Below are positions 1-9,835 of a DNA stretch of 64,000 bases, one piece after another. Made by a program: the position numbers and the translations under genes. Under the pieces are notes generated by a model. The model searched no databases. It saw only the letters and a program-made list of their open reading frames with translations, and was not told where the DNA came from. This DNA comes from Actinomycetota bacterium (lineage in GTDB: Bacteria; Actinomycetota; Geothermincolia; Geothermincolales; RBG-13-55-18). The stretch's first letter is position 1, and each line of letters begins with the position of its first letter. Location of the stretch: NCBI GenBank assembly GCA_040757835.1, contig JBFLWJ010000008.1, positions 58,464 to 122,463 on the forward strand. Reading direction: 5' to 3'.

Positions 1-237
1 CGCCATCCTCCTGCTCTCCAGGTGGAGCAGCTCCCGGTAGACCACGGCGAGGGGCAGGCGTTTCTCGGCCGCGCCCATCGCCACCAGCTTTTGCACCAGC
101 GCGTAGCCGTGAGACGGCTCCTCGGCCAGGAGCAGCATGATGCTGGGGAGAAGGAAGCGCCTCGGCATCTGGCGCCTCTCGGACGCGGTGGCCCCGTCCT
201 CCCTGGGGCCCGGTTTCCCGGCTCTCTGTTTGCCCAT
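1..237 (-). CDS. PadR-family transcriptional regulator, partial (5' part only; continues beyond window start)
   Basis: Minus-strand ATG at 237 is preceded by GGAGGAGG. The translation MGKQRAGKPGPREDGATASERRQMPRRFLLPSIMLLLAEEPSHGYALVQKLVAMGAAEKRLPLAVVYRELLHLE matches the PadR winged-helix signature (PSHGY...LY..L..LE). The ORF runs off the window edge. Confidence 0.5.
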   Translation of the reverse strand, partial: MGKQRAGKPGPREDGATASERRQMPRRFLLPSIMLLLAEEPSHGYALVQKLVAMGAAEKRLPLAVVYRELLHLESRRMA

Positions 238-429
238 CGCCTCCTCCTTCCGGTTTGCTTACATCCTGACAATATGCAATATAGTTTAATATTCACAATT
301 TGTCAATATATATTCAGGAGGAATAATTCCGGCGTCCCGGGAACCCGGACGGAAAACCGCCCGCTGCGGGGGCGGGCGGTCCGCGATGTGCCCGGGCGCG
401 CTGCGCCACGGCCCGATGCCTGGGAGCCT

Positions 430-1494
430 CTACTGCAGCGCGACCATCTCGTGCAGGGTGGTGCCGGTCTCCTCGAAGCTGCGGCCCTCGTGCTGCACGC
501 GCAGGGTGAAGTCCGACTCGAAGCGGAACCAGCCCGGGCGCATGAACCTGTTGACCAGCCAGCGCACGGCCGCGTTCATGATGATGGGGTTCATCTCCTT
601 GAGCAGGTCGTTGGCGTCGATGATCCTCTTCACGTCGAAGCGCAGGTACACCTGGCCGGGTATCTCCATCTCCAGCACGGCGGGATAGGTGCGGTTGGCG
701 ACGGCGTTGAAGGTGGCCTTGTCCTCCCTGAGCTCCATCTCGCCCGAGGAGACGATGACCTTGTCCTTCAGGGCCAGCATGAGGGGCTTGGAGGCCACGT
801 TGCCGAAGCGCTTCTGGGTGCGCACGTATGCGTAGAGCAGGGTGAAATCGTCGGTGTAGAGGCGGCCCCAGTACCACCAGGAGATGATGCGCCTGGCGTC
901 GGTGGTGATCACGTTGTGGTCGTGGTACCCGATGCCCTTCGCCTGCAGGGTCTGGCCCGCGAACTTGACCGTACCCTCCACCCTGGCCCGGGGGATGGGG
1001 ACCACCCAGCTGAAGTAGCCGCGGTCGCCGTACCTGGTCTTTCCCTTGCCAGGCTTCCAGCCCGGCACCTCGCTCACGAAGGTCAGGTCCAGCTCCATGC
1101 CGTCCTCGGATATATATAGATGGTGCGTCGGCAGGTCGCCCTCTTCCGGCCAGTCCACCCAGCAGTGGTTCTTGCCCACCCACACGTCGCACTTCTCCTC
1201 CGAGGCGCGCAACTCCGCGGCGTCGAACTTCTTGACCACCGAGAGCTTCTCCCCCGACGGCCTGTAAACATGTATCTCTATCCCCGGCTTGCGCGTCATC
1301 AGCTCCGAGGCCTGCAGGAAACCCACCACCACGTGGCCGTCCTCCAGGCGCGCGTCGAAATACCACCACTCGCCGTAGAACTTGCTCCTGCTGGCCTCGC
1401 GGTTGACGGCGTTCTCCCTGGCGGTGACGGGGACGATGGTGCCGTCCTTCTCCCCCGGACCCGACCACTCATCGATCACCGGCTCTACCCTCAT
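430..1494 (-). CDS. CrtC/AttH-like lipocalin-fold hydratase family protein (hydroxyneurosporene synthase-like)
   Basis: 354-aa ORF with the EWWYFDA...DG..VGF motif characteristic of the CrtC/AttH family. Codon usage is consistent and it lies adjacent to the PadR regulator. Confidence 0.5.
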   Translation of the reverse strand: MRVEPVIDEWSGPGEKDGTIVPVTARENAVNREASRSKFYGEWWYFDARLEDGHVVVGFLQASELMTRKPGIEIHVYRPSGEKLSVVKKFDAAELRASEEKCDVWVGKNHCWVDWPEEGDLPTHHLYISEDGMELDLTFVSEVPGWKPGKGKTRYGDRGYFSWVVPIPRARVEGTVKFAGQTLQAKGIGYHDHNVITTDARRIISWWYWGRLYTDDFTLLYAYVRTQKRFGNVASKPLMLALKDKVIVSSGEMELREDKATFNAVANRTYPAVLEMEIPGQVYLRFDVKRIIDANDLLKEMNPIIMNAAVRWLVNRFMRPGWFRFESDFTLRVQHEGRSFEETGTTLHEMVALQ

Positions 1495-1760
1495 GAGACC
1501 TCCCCTTCCGAATCTGACATAACGTCAGTATTATAGCACCTCGAGCCGGCCGCCTTGCCATGCAGTTCAGGCCATGCGGGACTGGAAAAGCTCCCCTTCG
1601 CATACCGCCGCCGGTCCGCATGGGATATAATCCAGGCACTGCAGTCGTCAGGAGGTGCGCCCATGGAGATGACCCCGCGGGAGAGGTTCCTCGCCACCGT
1701 TGCCTTTGAATCCACGGACCGGCCCTTCGTGTCCGGCGCCGGCAGACCCGAGGAAACGAT

Positions 1761-2321
1761 ATGGAACTGACCGCAGCGAAAACCTGGAGTTCGACGAAGG
1801 CGGCATTCCAGGTCATGCTCGACCCCGGCGGGGTAGTGGGAGAGATGCTCGCCGGCGTGCCCGCCGCGTTCTCCCTCTGCATACCCGCCCTGGCCTTCAC
1901 GCTCCTGTTCCTGCAGGCCGGCCTGGACATGCACCGCGCCGGCGTGAGGAGCTCCGCGGGCGTGGTCGGCTTAACCTTCCTGGGCACCCTCTACGGCCTG
2001 GCCGGTATCGCCCTGGTGGCGGCGGCCGCCTGGGCCGCCGCGCGGGCGTTGGGGAGCGACTGCTCCCTGGGATGGACGCTGCGGGCCTTCGGGATTGGAT
2101 ATACGCCCAGCCTCATCTATGCCGCCTGCGGCCTCTTCTTCAACGCGGCATTCGGCTGGAACACCGCGGCCACCTTCGGGGTGACGGGGCTGCTGTGGTC
2201 CATGAGCCCCCTGATGTCCACGGGCCGAGAGATACTGGGCGGAAGGCTTGGGCTCAGCGTATTGCTGGCGACGGTCTGTGGTGGGCTGCTGCTCTTCGGC
2301 TGGGCCATTCTCGCAATCTGA
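1761..2321 (+). CDS. hypothetical polytopic membrane protein
   Basis: 186-aa ORF with several long hydrophobic segments. It is in the same orientation as the following membrane-protein genes. Confidence 0.4.
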   Translation: MELTAAKTWSSTKAAFQVMLDPGGVVGEMLAGVPAAFSLCIPALAFTLLFLQAGLDMHRAGVRSSAGVVGLTFLGTLYGLAGIALVAAAAWAAARALGSDCSLGWTLRAFGIGYTPSLIYAACGLFFNAAFGWNTAATFGVTGLLWSMSPLMSTGREILGGRLGLSVLLATVCGGLLLFGWAILAI

Positions 2322-2330
2322 GGTGACGTC

Positions 2331-2837
2331 ATGGAGACGACTTCACGGATGACCGGCAGCGCGGGACTCACGAGGTTGCTGTATCCCGCGGCGTACCTGC
2401 TCTCCTTCACGGCCCTCTCTTTACTGAGCGGGCGGTCCATCGATACCGCGGCGGGCTTCGTCGCCGTCTTCACCCTGCTGGGCATGGCGCTCGCATGTCT
2501 GCTGGTTTGCGGTCTTGCCGCCCTGTCCTATGCCACCAATCCCCGCCTGCGCGCGACCTGCGATTACCGCTCCGTCCTCGATCTCTACGCCCGCAGCTTC
2601 GTGATGCTTCTCCCTTTTGCCGTCCTCGCCCTCGCGGGAGAGGTCCTCCTGGACTGGAGCATCGCCCTGGTCTTCACCCAGGCCGGGATCATGACCGCCG
2701 GCACCCTGGCCGGACTGGAGATCGTGAAGCTCAGCGACAACCGCACCTCGCGTTTCATCGTGCCTATCCTGGGTGCGTTCTCGTTTTCCCTGGCGTGGCT
2801 GCTGTTCTGTGCCGCGGCCCAGGCGGTGGTGGGGTGA
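2331..2837 (+). CDS. hypothetical membrane protein
   Basis: 168-aa ORF with at least four predicted hydrophobic helices. It is tightly spaced after the previous gene. Confidence 0.4.
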   Translation: METTSRMTGSAGLTRLLYPAAYLLSFTALSLLSGRSIDTAAGFVAVFTLLGMALACLLVCGLAALSYATNPRLRATCDYRSVLDLYARSFVMLLPFAVLALAGEVLLDWSIALVFTQAGIMTAGTLAGLEIVKLSDNRTSRFIVPILGAFSFSLAWLLFCAAAQAVVG

Positions 2838-2841
2838 TGGC

Positions 2842-3918
2842 GTGAAGATACCAGCGCGTACGGCGGCGGCCATCACGGCCTGGGGCCTTCTGTTTCTCTG
2901 CCTGCTGGCCGTGATCCTGGCCATCGTCTTCTCCTGCGGTGAGACCTGCCGTGCCGAGCCGGCCGGCGGCGATGCAGAGACCTCCCGCGGCGGGTACGGT
3001 TATATACCTCCCTGCGAACCCGAGCAGCCGCCGGGGCCTGCAAAGGACATGGGCTCGCTGCCGGAACCTTGCACCTGGACCCAGGCGGCCGTGGGGATCC
3101 TGCTCCCCGGCCTCATCGGGCTGGGCATCGCCCTGATCCTGAACCAGGCAGGCCCCCGGGGCAGTGCGGCCCCCGCTTTTCCGGTGGCTCCTACTGTGCC
3201 AGCATCGGCGACGGGCGGCGCGGAGCGGGCGGACGCATCCTACCCGGGCCTTTCCTTGCCGCCATCTCCCGCGCCACCGCCGGCAGGCGTACCGCCAGCA
3301 CAGGGGCCGGAAGGCCCGGCGGGGATTCGGGGGTGGGACGAGGCGAAGGCCGGCAAGGCCGCCGCATATATGGATGATGCCGTAAAAAGATCGCTCGAGG
3401 GCGCGGAGGCGGGAGAGCGCGGAAACACCGGAGACGGCACCGGCCGGTCCGGTCTCGTGAAGATGGGCGGCGTGGAGGCGGTGGCCATCGGGAGCGGGAC
3501 CCGCGCTCTCCTCGACCGCATCGCTTCCAGGATCTCCGCGGACGAGGAGCCGCCGCAGCGGGACCGCCAGGCAGCGCCGGTCTTCGCCCAGAGCCTCGAG
3601 ATGCTGGAGGTCCCCGAAACGCACGTCGACCGCGAGCTGTCCGAGACAAGGCAGGCTCTCTCCCAGACGGAGCGCAGCATGGCCAAGCTCGATGCCGCCG
3701 CGGGAAGGGCAGGTGTGGAGGAGGCGCTGCGAGGCCGCCTCGAGAGCGGGGTCCAGGACCACGGTGCCGGGGGCATCGGCGGCGAGGTCCTGGGACAGGC
3801 GGACGAAGCCGCCAAGGAATACCTGGAGTACCTGGCCCTGAGAAGAGACCTCAGGCTCAAGGAGGCGGTCTTCGAGTACAGGAGAAAGTCCACTGAGAAG
3901 GAGGATGAGCGGGCATGA
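2842..3918 (+). CDS. hypothetical membrane-anchored proline-rich protein
   Basis: A GTG start at 2842 lies 4 nt after the upstream stop. There is an N-terminal signal-anchor (AAAITAWGLLFLCLLAVILAIVF), a Pro-rich low-complexity middle and a charged coiled-coil-like C-terminus. It overlaps the next gene by ATGA. Confidence 0.4.
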   Translation: MKIPARTAAAITAWGLLFLCLLAVILAIVFSCGETCRAEPAGGDAETSRGGYGYIPPCEPEQPPGPAKDMGSLPEPCTWTQAAVGILLPGLIGLGIALILNQAGPRGSAAPAFPVAPTVPASATGGAERADASYPGLSLPPSPAPPPAGVPPAQGPEGPAGIRGWDEAKAGKAAAYMDDAVKRSLEGAEAGERGNTGDGTGRSGLVKMGGVEAVAIGSGTRALLDRIASRISADEEPPQRDRQAAPVFAQSLEMLEVPETHVDRELSETRQALSQTERSMAKLDAAAGRAGVEEALRGRLESGVQDHGAGGIGGEVLGQADEAAKEYLEYLALRRDLRLKEAVFEYRRKSTEKEDERA

Positions 3919-4346
3919 GCGAGGGCGCCGTAGAAAGGCGGGCGGAAGGTGGAGGACCAGGCGGGGGCATCACCGGTGAGACCCTGGCCATCAGGGATTC
4001 CATCGTGGTCATACGCCAGAGGTTCAACTATTTAACCGAGCTGTGGCTGGCCGGCGAGTTGGATGTGGACCGCTATGTGAAAGAGCTCTCCAGGCTGGTC
4101 TATTGCGACTCCGGGGGTGCCTGCTGGTATATCTCCCCGCATAACGGCAACTGGTATCGCGTGACGGATACGGGCCAGGAGCCCGGGGAGCCCCCCGAGT
4201 TCCTCTACCGTCCTGCCTCCGATATCGCGTGGGAAGGGGTGCCCGCGCCCCAGGAGCCCCCGGCCGTACGCTTCTGCAAACACTGCGGAGCGCCGCGCGA
4301 GGACGGCGCCGTCTTCTGCTCACAGTGCGGCAGGGGGTTCCCGTGA
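3915..4346 (+). CDS. zinc-ribbon domain protein
   Basis: 143-aa ORF ending in CKHCGAPREDGAVFCSQCG (a C-x2-C...C-x2-C zinc ribbon). It is translationally coupled to the upstream gene. Confidence 0.45.
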   Translation: MSEGAVERRAEGGGPGGGITGETLAIRDSIVVIRQRFNYLTELWLAGELDVDRYVKELSRLVYCDSGGACWYISPHNGNWYRVTDTGQEPGEPPEFLYRPASDIAWEGVPAPQEPPAVRFCKHCGAPREDGAVFCSQCGRGFP

Positions 4347-4420
4347 TCCAGGCCGCCTGATGCCCGCCGTCTAAACGGGCAGGCGGAGGAGGCGGTTGAA
4401 GCGGGGCTCGAGACCCGGGT

Positions 4421-4891
4421 TCAGCCGCCCTTCTCCACCTTGATCTTCCTGGGCGCGCTGTAGTTCAGTGGCCCGCCCGCGACCCACTCGTCCACGCCCA
4501 CCTTCCTTATCTTCCTCAGGTTCTTGACGTGGGCGTCGCCGTGGACGGGAACCAGGAAATCCAGCTTGGAGCAGGCCGCGAAATCTCCGCATTCCCAGCA
4601 TCCCTCGTAACCCTTTTTGGAAGCGCACTGGGCGATATGGCAGAACCGGGAGCGGCTGCTCACCTTGCAGCCCTTACACCTCAGCTTGACCATATTGCCG
4701 AGGTACTCGTAGGTCTCCCGGTACTTCTCCGCGTCGAAGAAGGGGATGACCTCGGCGATCTTGTCAAACCTGACCCGGCGCAGTTCCTTGCGCAGGTCCC
4801 GCGCCAGGTCGGGGATGGTCCCGGTGTTGAAAGCGCAGTCCCCGCAGTACAGCCCGCAGTAGGCGGTCATCTTGACGTTATCGGCGGCCAT
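4421..4891 (-). CDS. DUF3795-type cysteine-rich protein
   Basis: YCGLYCGDCAF...CKGCK...CWECGDF motifs typical of DUF3795. An SD (GAGGGAGGAG) lies directly upstream of the ATG at 4891. An in-frame ATG at 4912 is an alternative start. Confidence 0.55.
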   Translation of the reverse strand: MAADNVKMTAYCGLYCGDCAFNTGTIPDLARDLRKELRRVRFDKIAEVIPFFDAEKYRETYEYLGNMVKLRCKGCKVSSRSRFCHIAQCASKKGYEGCWECGDFAACSKLDFLVPVHGDAHVKNLRKIRKVGVDEWVAGGPLNYSAPRKIKVEKGG

Positions 4892-4950
4892 CTTCCGCTC
4901 CTCCCTCGTCATACCCGGCCATCTTCCACTCCTCCCTCGTTATACCCAGC
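4889..4950. repeat. 31-bp tandem duplication (2 copies, about 90% identity) spanning the SD and start codon of the DUF3795 gene
   Basis: catcttccgctcctccctcgtcatacccggc followed by catcttccactcctccctcgttatacccagc. On the minus strand this duplicates GAGGGAGGAG-N6-ATG. Confidence 0.8.
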
Positions 4951-4952
4951 CC

Positions 4953-6329
4953 TCAAGCCCACTGCCTCAGCAGTTTTTCGAAGAATGCACGCCTGGCCCG
5001 GTCGGCCCTGGCCCAATAGGGCTCTACCCTGTCCCTCCATTCGCCGAACCCGGAGGGGTGCTCCGGATAACGCTCGTAGAACTTCCCGATCGCGATGGCG
5101 TTAAGGCCTGCTTTAACCATGGAGGTGATGGAGGCCGGGCGCAGCTTTGCCGTGGCGATGCCCTTGAGCAAGGCGGGTAGGGACCGCATGCCCGCGGCGG
5201 GGTCGGACTTTACCTCGTATTCCAGGTTGAGGGCCCGTGTCCCCTCCGGGGTGATGATGCCGGGAACGGTGAAGAGGAAATCGATCTCCTCCTCCGACAG
5301 GGACACCACCGCCGGCATGACCGCGGTGAGAAAGGCGAACTTGGCCCCCTGGCCGCGGAAATACCTTACGTTGCAGGGCCACAGGGCTTCCCGGGTGAGG
5401 TCGTCGCGGGCCAGGGCCTCCGCGGCCACCTCGGCCGCGATGGCGCAGGCGGTGAAGGCGGAGGCCACGCCCTCTCCGTTGAAGGGTTTGTTCATGAAGG
5501 CCGCGTCGCCCACCACCATCAGCCCGTTGTCCACGAGCGAATACGGGGGGCGGCGGTAGGGCACCCTCCCCCCGGTAGCCGTCGCCACCTCGCCCGTGAA
5601 AGGAAGGGTCGCCGCGAAGGCCCGCTGCCTTGCCCGGGCCCCCTCGGGGCTGGCCGGCATGCCCACCCCCACGATCTTCTCGTCCCCGTAGCTGGGCGCG
5701 TACCACCCCTGGAAATGGAGATAGGAGTTGATGTCGGGGCCGATGTCCCCCCGCAGGTCTTTCCACGACTCCATATACACGATGAGGGTATCCATGTCCG
5801 AGATGGGGTCACTCTCGAACCAGGGGCTCGCGGGCACCAGGGTGCGCAGCGCCCCGCCGATGCCGGAGGCGTCCACGAGCAGGCGCCCCCGCGCCTCGAA
5901 CCTTCCTTCTTCTCCCGTGCAAGTGAGGCCGCAGGGAAAGCCCCGCTCCGACAAGAGGCCGTCTGCCTCGACTCCCTCCACGATCTCCGCTCCCGCTTCC
6001 CGGGCATAGGAATGGAGGCGGCGCATGAAGAGGGGCTTGTCCATGTCCAGGGTGACCAGGGGGGCCGCAACGCTCACGCTCTGGTTGGGCGACCACATGG
6101 TAAGGGTCTCCAGGCGGTGCAGCAACTCATCCCCCTGTGGCAGCGGGATACCGAACCTCTCGAAGGCCTCCTCCTCCATGTGGAAAGGTCCGATGCTCTT
6201 CCCCAGGTCCTCCAGCCTGTCCCTCTCCAGGACCAGGCAGCTGTATCCCGCCTCGGCCAGCCTCCACGCCAGGTAGGTCCCGGAGGTCCCCGCACCTACG
6301 ATCACCACATCGGCCTTCAAATCCGCCAT
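4953..6329 (-). CDS. FAD-dependent oxidoreductase, geranylgeranyl-reductase family
   Basis: N-terminal DVVIVGAGTSGTYLAWRLAEAGYSCLVLER Rossmann dinucleotide-binding motif. 458 aa with GGGAGG upstream. Confidence 0.7.
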   Translation of the reverse strand: MADLKADVVIVGAGTSGTYLAWRLAEAGYSCLVLERDRLEDLGKSIGPFHMEEEAFERFGIPLPQGDELLHRLETLTMWSPNQSVSVAAPLVTLDMDKPLFMRRLHSYAREAGAEIVEGVEADGLLSERGFPCGLTCTGEEGRFEARGRLLVDASGIGGALRTLVPASPWFESDPISDMDTLIVYMESWKDLRGDIGPDINSYLHFQGWYAPSYGDEKIVGVGMPASPEGARARQRAFAATLPFTGEVATATGGRVPYRRPPYSLVDNGLMVVGDAAFMNKPFNGEGVASAFTACAIAAEVAAEALARDDLTREALWPCNVRYFRGQGAKFAFLTAVMPAVVSLSEEEIDFLFTVPGIITPEGTRALNLEYEVKSDPAAGMRSLPALLKGIATAKLRPASITSMVKAGLNAIAIGKFYERYPEHPSGFGEWRDRVEPYWARADRARRAFFEKLLRQWA

Positions 6330-6589
6330 AGCAGACCTCCCAGGTTGATCCTTTATGACTCGATTCTATCAAGCCACCGCCTTTTTATCTCGCCCACCTC
6401 TAACCGCGCGTCCCGTGCCTGTAAAAACGCCCTTGCATACCTGTTTCAAATGGCATAACGAACATCGGTCGCCAAAATATTCGACCTCGAGTGGAAATCC
6501 GTTTTAAAATAAATTCCGCAAACAAGAGGGGGTGCCGGTGCCGGCGACCATACCCTTACATCGTTTCAAGATCTGCCGTGGGGGGCAGC

Positions 6590-7591
6590 ATGGACGGGGA
6601 TACAACAGTAAGGTCCGACTTTTTCTTCCGTGCCGCTGAGTTCTTTCTGCTTTGCGTATTCCGCTTCACCGGCCTCCTCTTCCGCTACCTGCCACCCCGA
6701 GTGATTGACGCGGTCTTTTCCGCCCTGGGCGCCATGCTCTTCCACGCCCGGCCGGGGATGAAGCGCCGCCTCCTGGCTAAACTGTCCGCCGCCCTGCCGG
6801 AGATAACGGACCAGCGTGAACTGGAGCGCATCGGCAGGGAGGTCTGCTCCTCGGCCCTGCGCCCCATCTACGACCTATTCCTCTTCGGCACCAACGAGGA
6901 GGACTTCATGCGGGCGCTGCGGGTCGAGGGCATGGACAACCTCGAGCGGGCGGAATCCCGCGGCAAGGGAGTGCTGCTGCTCGGTTCTCACCTGGGGGCC
7001 TTCACGCTGCGGCTGGCGGTGATGATGCGGTTGGGAAAGCCGTACGCGCCCGTGATGTACAACCCCGACAGTTCACCCGTACCGCGTTACGTCAGGACCA
7101 TGGCGGAATACGGCAGTTCCCTGGGGTACGATCCCATGCACAACCCCGTTATCTTCGCGGGGGAGGACACGGTGAAGCGCATCGAGGAACACCTGTCCCG
7201 GGGAGGAAAGGTCTCCCTCAATTTCGACGTGGACGGCGGTTTTATCGTGGACTTCATGGGCAAGCCCGCCGCCATGGCCAGCGGCGCCGCGCACTTCGCC
7301 CTCAATACCGGCGCCGCCATCGTGCCCTTCTCCCTGCAGCGCGGGGACGGGGTGTTCGGGCACCGCATGAGGATCTACGAGCCTCTGGAGTACGAACTCA
7401 GCGGCGACCGCGCCAGCGACCTCGAGACGATCATGGCCGAAGTGGTCAAGGCCGGCGAGAGGCCCATCCGCGAGACCCCGGGCCAGTGGATGAGCTGGTT
7501 CGGCCTCTGGCAGTGGTGGGACAAGGCGGCCGAGACAACGGGTAGGCGGGGCGCAGGCGCTCCGGTCCAAACCAACGGGCGGTCGGACTGA
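6590..7591 (+). CDS. lysophospholipid/lipid-A-type acyltransferase (LpxL/HtrB/PatA-like LPLAT family)
   Basis: Single N-terminal TM segment followed by an acyltransferase-like core (GKGVLLLGSHLGAF...). Start ATG at 6590. Confidence 0.5.
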   Translation: MDGDTTVRSDFFFRAAEFFLLCVFRFTGLLFRYLPPRVIDAVFSALGAMLFHARPGMKRRLLAKLSAALPEITDQRELERIGREVCSSALRPIYDLFLFGTNEEDFMRALRVEGMDNLERAESRGKGVLLLGSHLGAFTLRLAVMMRLGKPYAPVMYNPDSSPVPRYVRTMAEYGSSLGYDPMHNPVIFAGEDTVKRIEEHLSRGGKVSLNFDVDGGFIVDFMGKPAAMASGAAHFALNTGAAIVPFSLQRGDGVFGHRMRIYEPLEYELSGDRASDLETIMAEVVKAGERPIRETPGQWMSWFGLWQWWDKAAETTGRRGAGAPVQTNGRSD

Positions 7592-7698
7592 CTTCCTTGC
7601 CGTTCTCGAGCGACTTCCAACGGGGCCGGAAAGCAAGCGATCTCCCGTAGTTATATAATTGTCTTGCAGCCGGGTACGCTCGACACGGGGGGAAACAC

Positions 7699-9384
7699 AT
7701 GATCTCGGAAGGCGCTTATCAGGAACTCGAGGAGGCCCTCGGCCCCGAGAACGTCTCGCGCGAGCCCGCCGTGCTCGACACCTACGCCTGGCAGGCCTTC
7801 ACCGAGGTGGTGGGCGAGACCAGCGGCTGGACCCCCAACCGCCCCGCCGCCGTCGCGCTTCCCGGCAGCACCGCCGAGGTGCAGGAGGTGGTGCGCATCT
7901 GCGGCAGGCACGGCCTGCAGTTCAAGGCCATGTGCACGGGTTGGGGCGTCTGGAACATGGTCGGCGGCAAGGACGTGGTCCAGCTGGACCTGCGCCGCAT
8001 GGACCGCATCCTCGAGATAGACGAGAAGAACATGTACGCGGTGGTGGAGCCCTACGCCATCGGCGCGCAGCTGCAGGCCGAGGCGATGAAGCTGGGGCTC
8101 AACTGCCATATAATCGGGGCCGGCTCCGGCACCTCGCCCCTGGCCAGCGCCACCTCGCTGTGCGGCTACGGGTGGTCGGGACTGACCACCTCCTACAGCG
8201 CCCGCACCCTGCTGGCCACCGAGTGGGTGCTCCCCGACGGCGAGCTGTTGCGGATAGGGACGGTGGGGTCCGATCTCGCGTGGTCCTGCGGCGACGGCCC
8301 GGGGCCAAGCCTGCGCGGCATCGCCAGGGGATATATCGGCAACTGCGGCGGCCTGGGCGTCTTCACCGCCTGCGCGATCAAGCTCTTCCCGTGGCCCGGG
8401 CCACCGGAGCCCGCGGTTAAGGGCACCCTGCTGGACTCCTTCACCGAGGTCCCAGGCACCGGTGCCATGTTCATCTGTGCCTTTCCATCCTTCGAGTCCT
8501 ATAGTGAGGCGGCGTACCGGCTGGGCAACGCCGAGGTCGGGTACATGCACTGCAAGGTCGCCGTCGGCGCTTTTCTCTCCACCATGGTGCCCCGGCTCAT
8601 GGGCAGGATAGTGGCGTATCCCGCCATGAAAGCGGCCCTGCTCACGCAGCAGCACATGTTCGTCTTTCTCATCAACGCGTACTCCCGCGAGGAGTTCGAC
8701 TACCAGGAGAAGGTACTGAAACAGGCCGTGGCGGAGACCGGGGGGATATGCCTCGACCTCCGTGCCATGCCCTCCATGCATGCCGCCATGTGGTGGGGGT
8801 TTGTCCGGGCGTCCCTCCCGCCCCTCATCTTCCGGCGGGGAGGCAGTTTCGGCACCTCTTTCGGGGCGCTGGAGGCCTGGGACCACCCAGTTTTGCAGGC
8901 GAAGATAGCGGCGGAGCTGAAACAGAGCTTCATCGACCAGGGAAAGCTCATCGACGACCTGGCCGACAACGCCTGGGGGGGCATCTACGAGGGCAGTACC
9001 TGCTTCGGCCACCAGGAGGAGCTCTACCTCTACGACCCGCGCGACCCCGCCATGATGGCCAGCGCCACCGAGTACCTGGCCGGTACCTTCATGGCCACGG
9101 TCGGCCACAACCTGGGACCGGGCCTGGGCTTCGCCCTGGGCAACATCGGGGCCGAGCTCTTCGGCCCCATCATCGGCGGCTACCACCACCGCCTGCGCGA
9201 GGTGAAGCAGTCCTTTGACCCCGACGACGTCAGCGACGCCGGGTTCTACATCTCCCTGGACCCGGTGAAGACGATAAGGGAGACCATCGCCAGGCAGCCG
9301 GAGATGGCCCAGTTCCTCGCCCCCCGCCTGGAGGAACTAGGCCTTGAGAGCGAGGGGAAAGGGGTGGGCGAGGATGACGGTTGA
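7699..9384 (+). CDS. FAD-binding oxidoreductase (FAD-linked oxidase, PCMH/GlcD-like)
   Basis: 561 aa with an N-terminal FAD-binding PCMH-type region (PGSTAEVQEVVRICGRHGLQFKAMCTGWG) and a large C-terminal substrate domain. Confidence 0.6.
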   Translation: MISEGAYQELEEALGPENVSREPAVLDTYAWQAFTEVVGETSGWTPNRPAAVALPGSTAEVQEVVRICGRHGLQFKAMCTGWGVWNMVGGKDVVQLDLRRMDRILEIDEKNMYAVVEPYAIGAQLQAEAMKLGLNCHIIGAGSGTSPLASATSLCGYGWSGLTTSYSARTLLATEWVLPDGELLRIGTVGSDLAWSCGDGPGPSLRGIARGYIGNCGGLGVFTACAIKLFPWPGPPEPAVKGTLLDSFTEVPGTGAMFICAFPSFESYSEAAYRLGNAEVGYMHCKVAVGAFLSTMVPRLMGRIVAYPAMKAALLTQQHMFVFLINAYSREEFDYQEKVLKQAVAETGGICLDLRAMPSMHAAMWWGFVRASLPPLIFRRGGSFGTSFGALEAWDHPVLQAKIAAELKQSFIDQGKLIDDLADNAWGGIYEGSTCFGHQEELYLYDPRDPAMMASATEYLAGTFMATVGHNLGPGLGFALGNIGAELFGPIIGGYHHRLREVKQSFDPDDVSDAGFYISLDPVKTIRETIARQPEMAQFLAPRLEELGLESEGKGVGEDDG

Positions 9385-9826
9385 GAGGGAGCTGCTGGCC
9401 CCCTGCGGGCTGTACTGCGGCGTGTGCGCGGTGCGCATCGCCCACGCGGGCGGCAACGAGAAGTTCAAGGAGAAGCTGGTCTCGGTTTATGGCGTTAGCT
9501 CGCCGGACGATATACGCTGCGGCGGCTGTCTCTCGGACGACCTCTTCTTCTATTGCCAGGTCTGCCCCATCCGCGACTGCTGCGCCGGCAAAGGAATAGA
9601 GGGCTGCCACCAGTGCGACGACTGGCCTTGCGAGACCATCGACGCCTTCCCCCTCCCCGTGGGCAAGAAGGTGATCATGCGCGCAATCCCCGCCTGGAGG
9701 GAACTGGGGACCGAGGCCTGGGTGGGAGCGGAGGAGGAGCGCTACCACTGCCCCGAGTGCGGCTATGCCCTCTTCCGCGGCGCCAAGCGCTGCCGTAGCT
9801 GCGGCAGCGCGGTTGACGTCGATTAG
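9374..9826 (+). CDS. DUF3795-type cysteine-rich protein
   Basis: CGLYCGVCAV...CGGC...YCQVCPIRDCC...CHQCDDWPC...CPECGY...CRSCG. The start overlaps the upstream FAD-oxidase stop. Confidence 0.55.
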   Translation: MTVERELLAPCGLYCGVCAVRIAHAGGNEKFKEKLVSVYGVSSPDDIRCGGCLSDDLFFYCQVCPIRDCCAGKGIEGCHQCDDWPCETIDAFPLPVGKKVIMRAIPAWRELGTEAWVGAEEERYHCPECGYALFRGAKRCRSCGSAVDVD

Positions 9827-9835
9827 AAAGCCGCC

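Noticed and set aside
22-1468. Long ORFs 22..1119(+) and 314..1468(-) overlapping the CrtC-like gene
   Set aside because: They are alternative-frame or antisense shadow ORFs typical of high-GC DNA. They have low-complexity Arg/Gly/Pro-rich translations, no RBS and no domain signatures.
4889-4950. Possible CRISPR repeat
   Set aside because: Only two directly adjacent copies with no spacer, located in a gene start region. There are no cas genes. It is a simple tandem duplication.
7651-9189. 512-aa antisense ORF opposite the FAD-linked oxidase
   Set aside because: It is a GC-rich shadow frame with a low-complexity translation. The sense-strand gene has clear motifs and an RBS.
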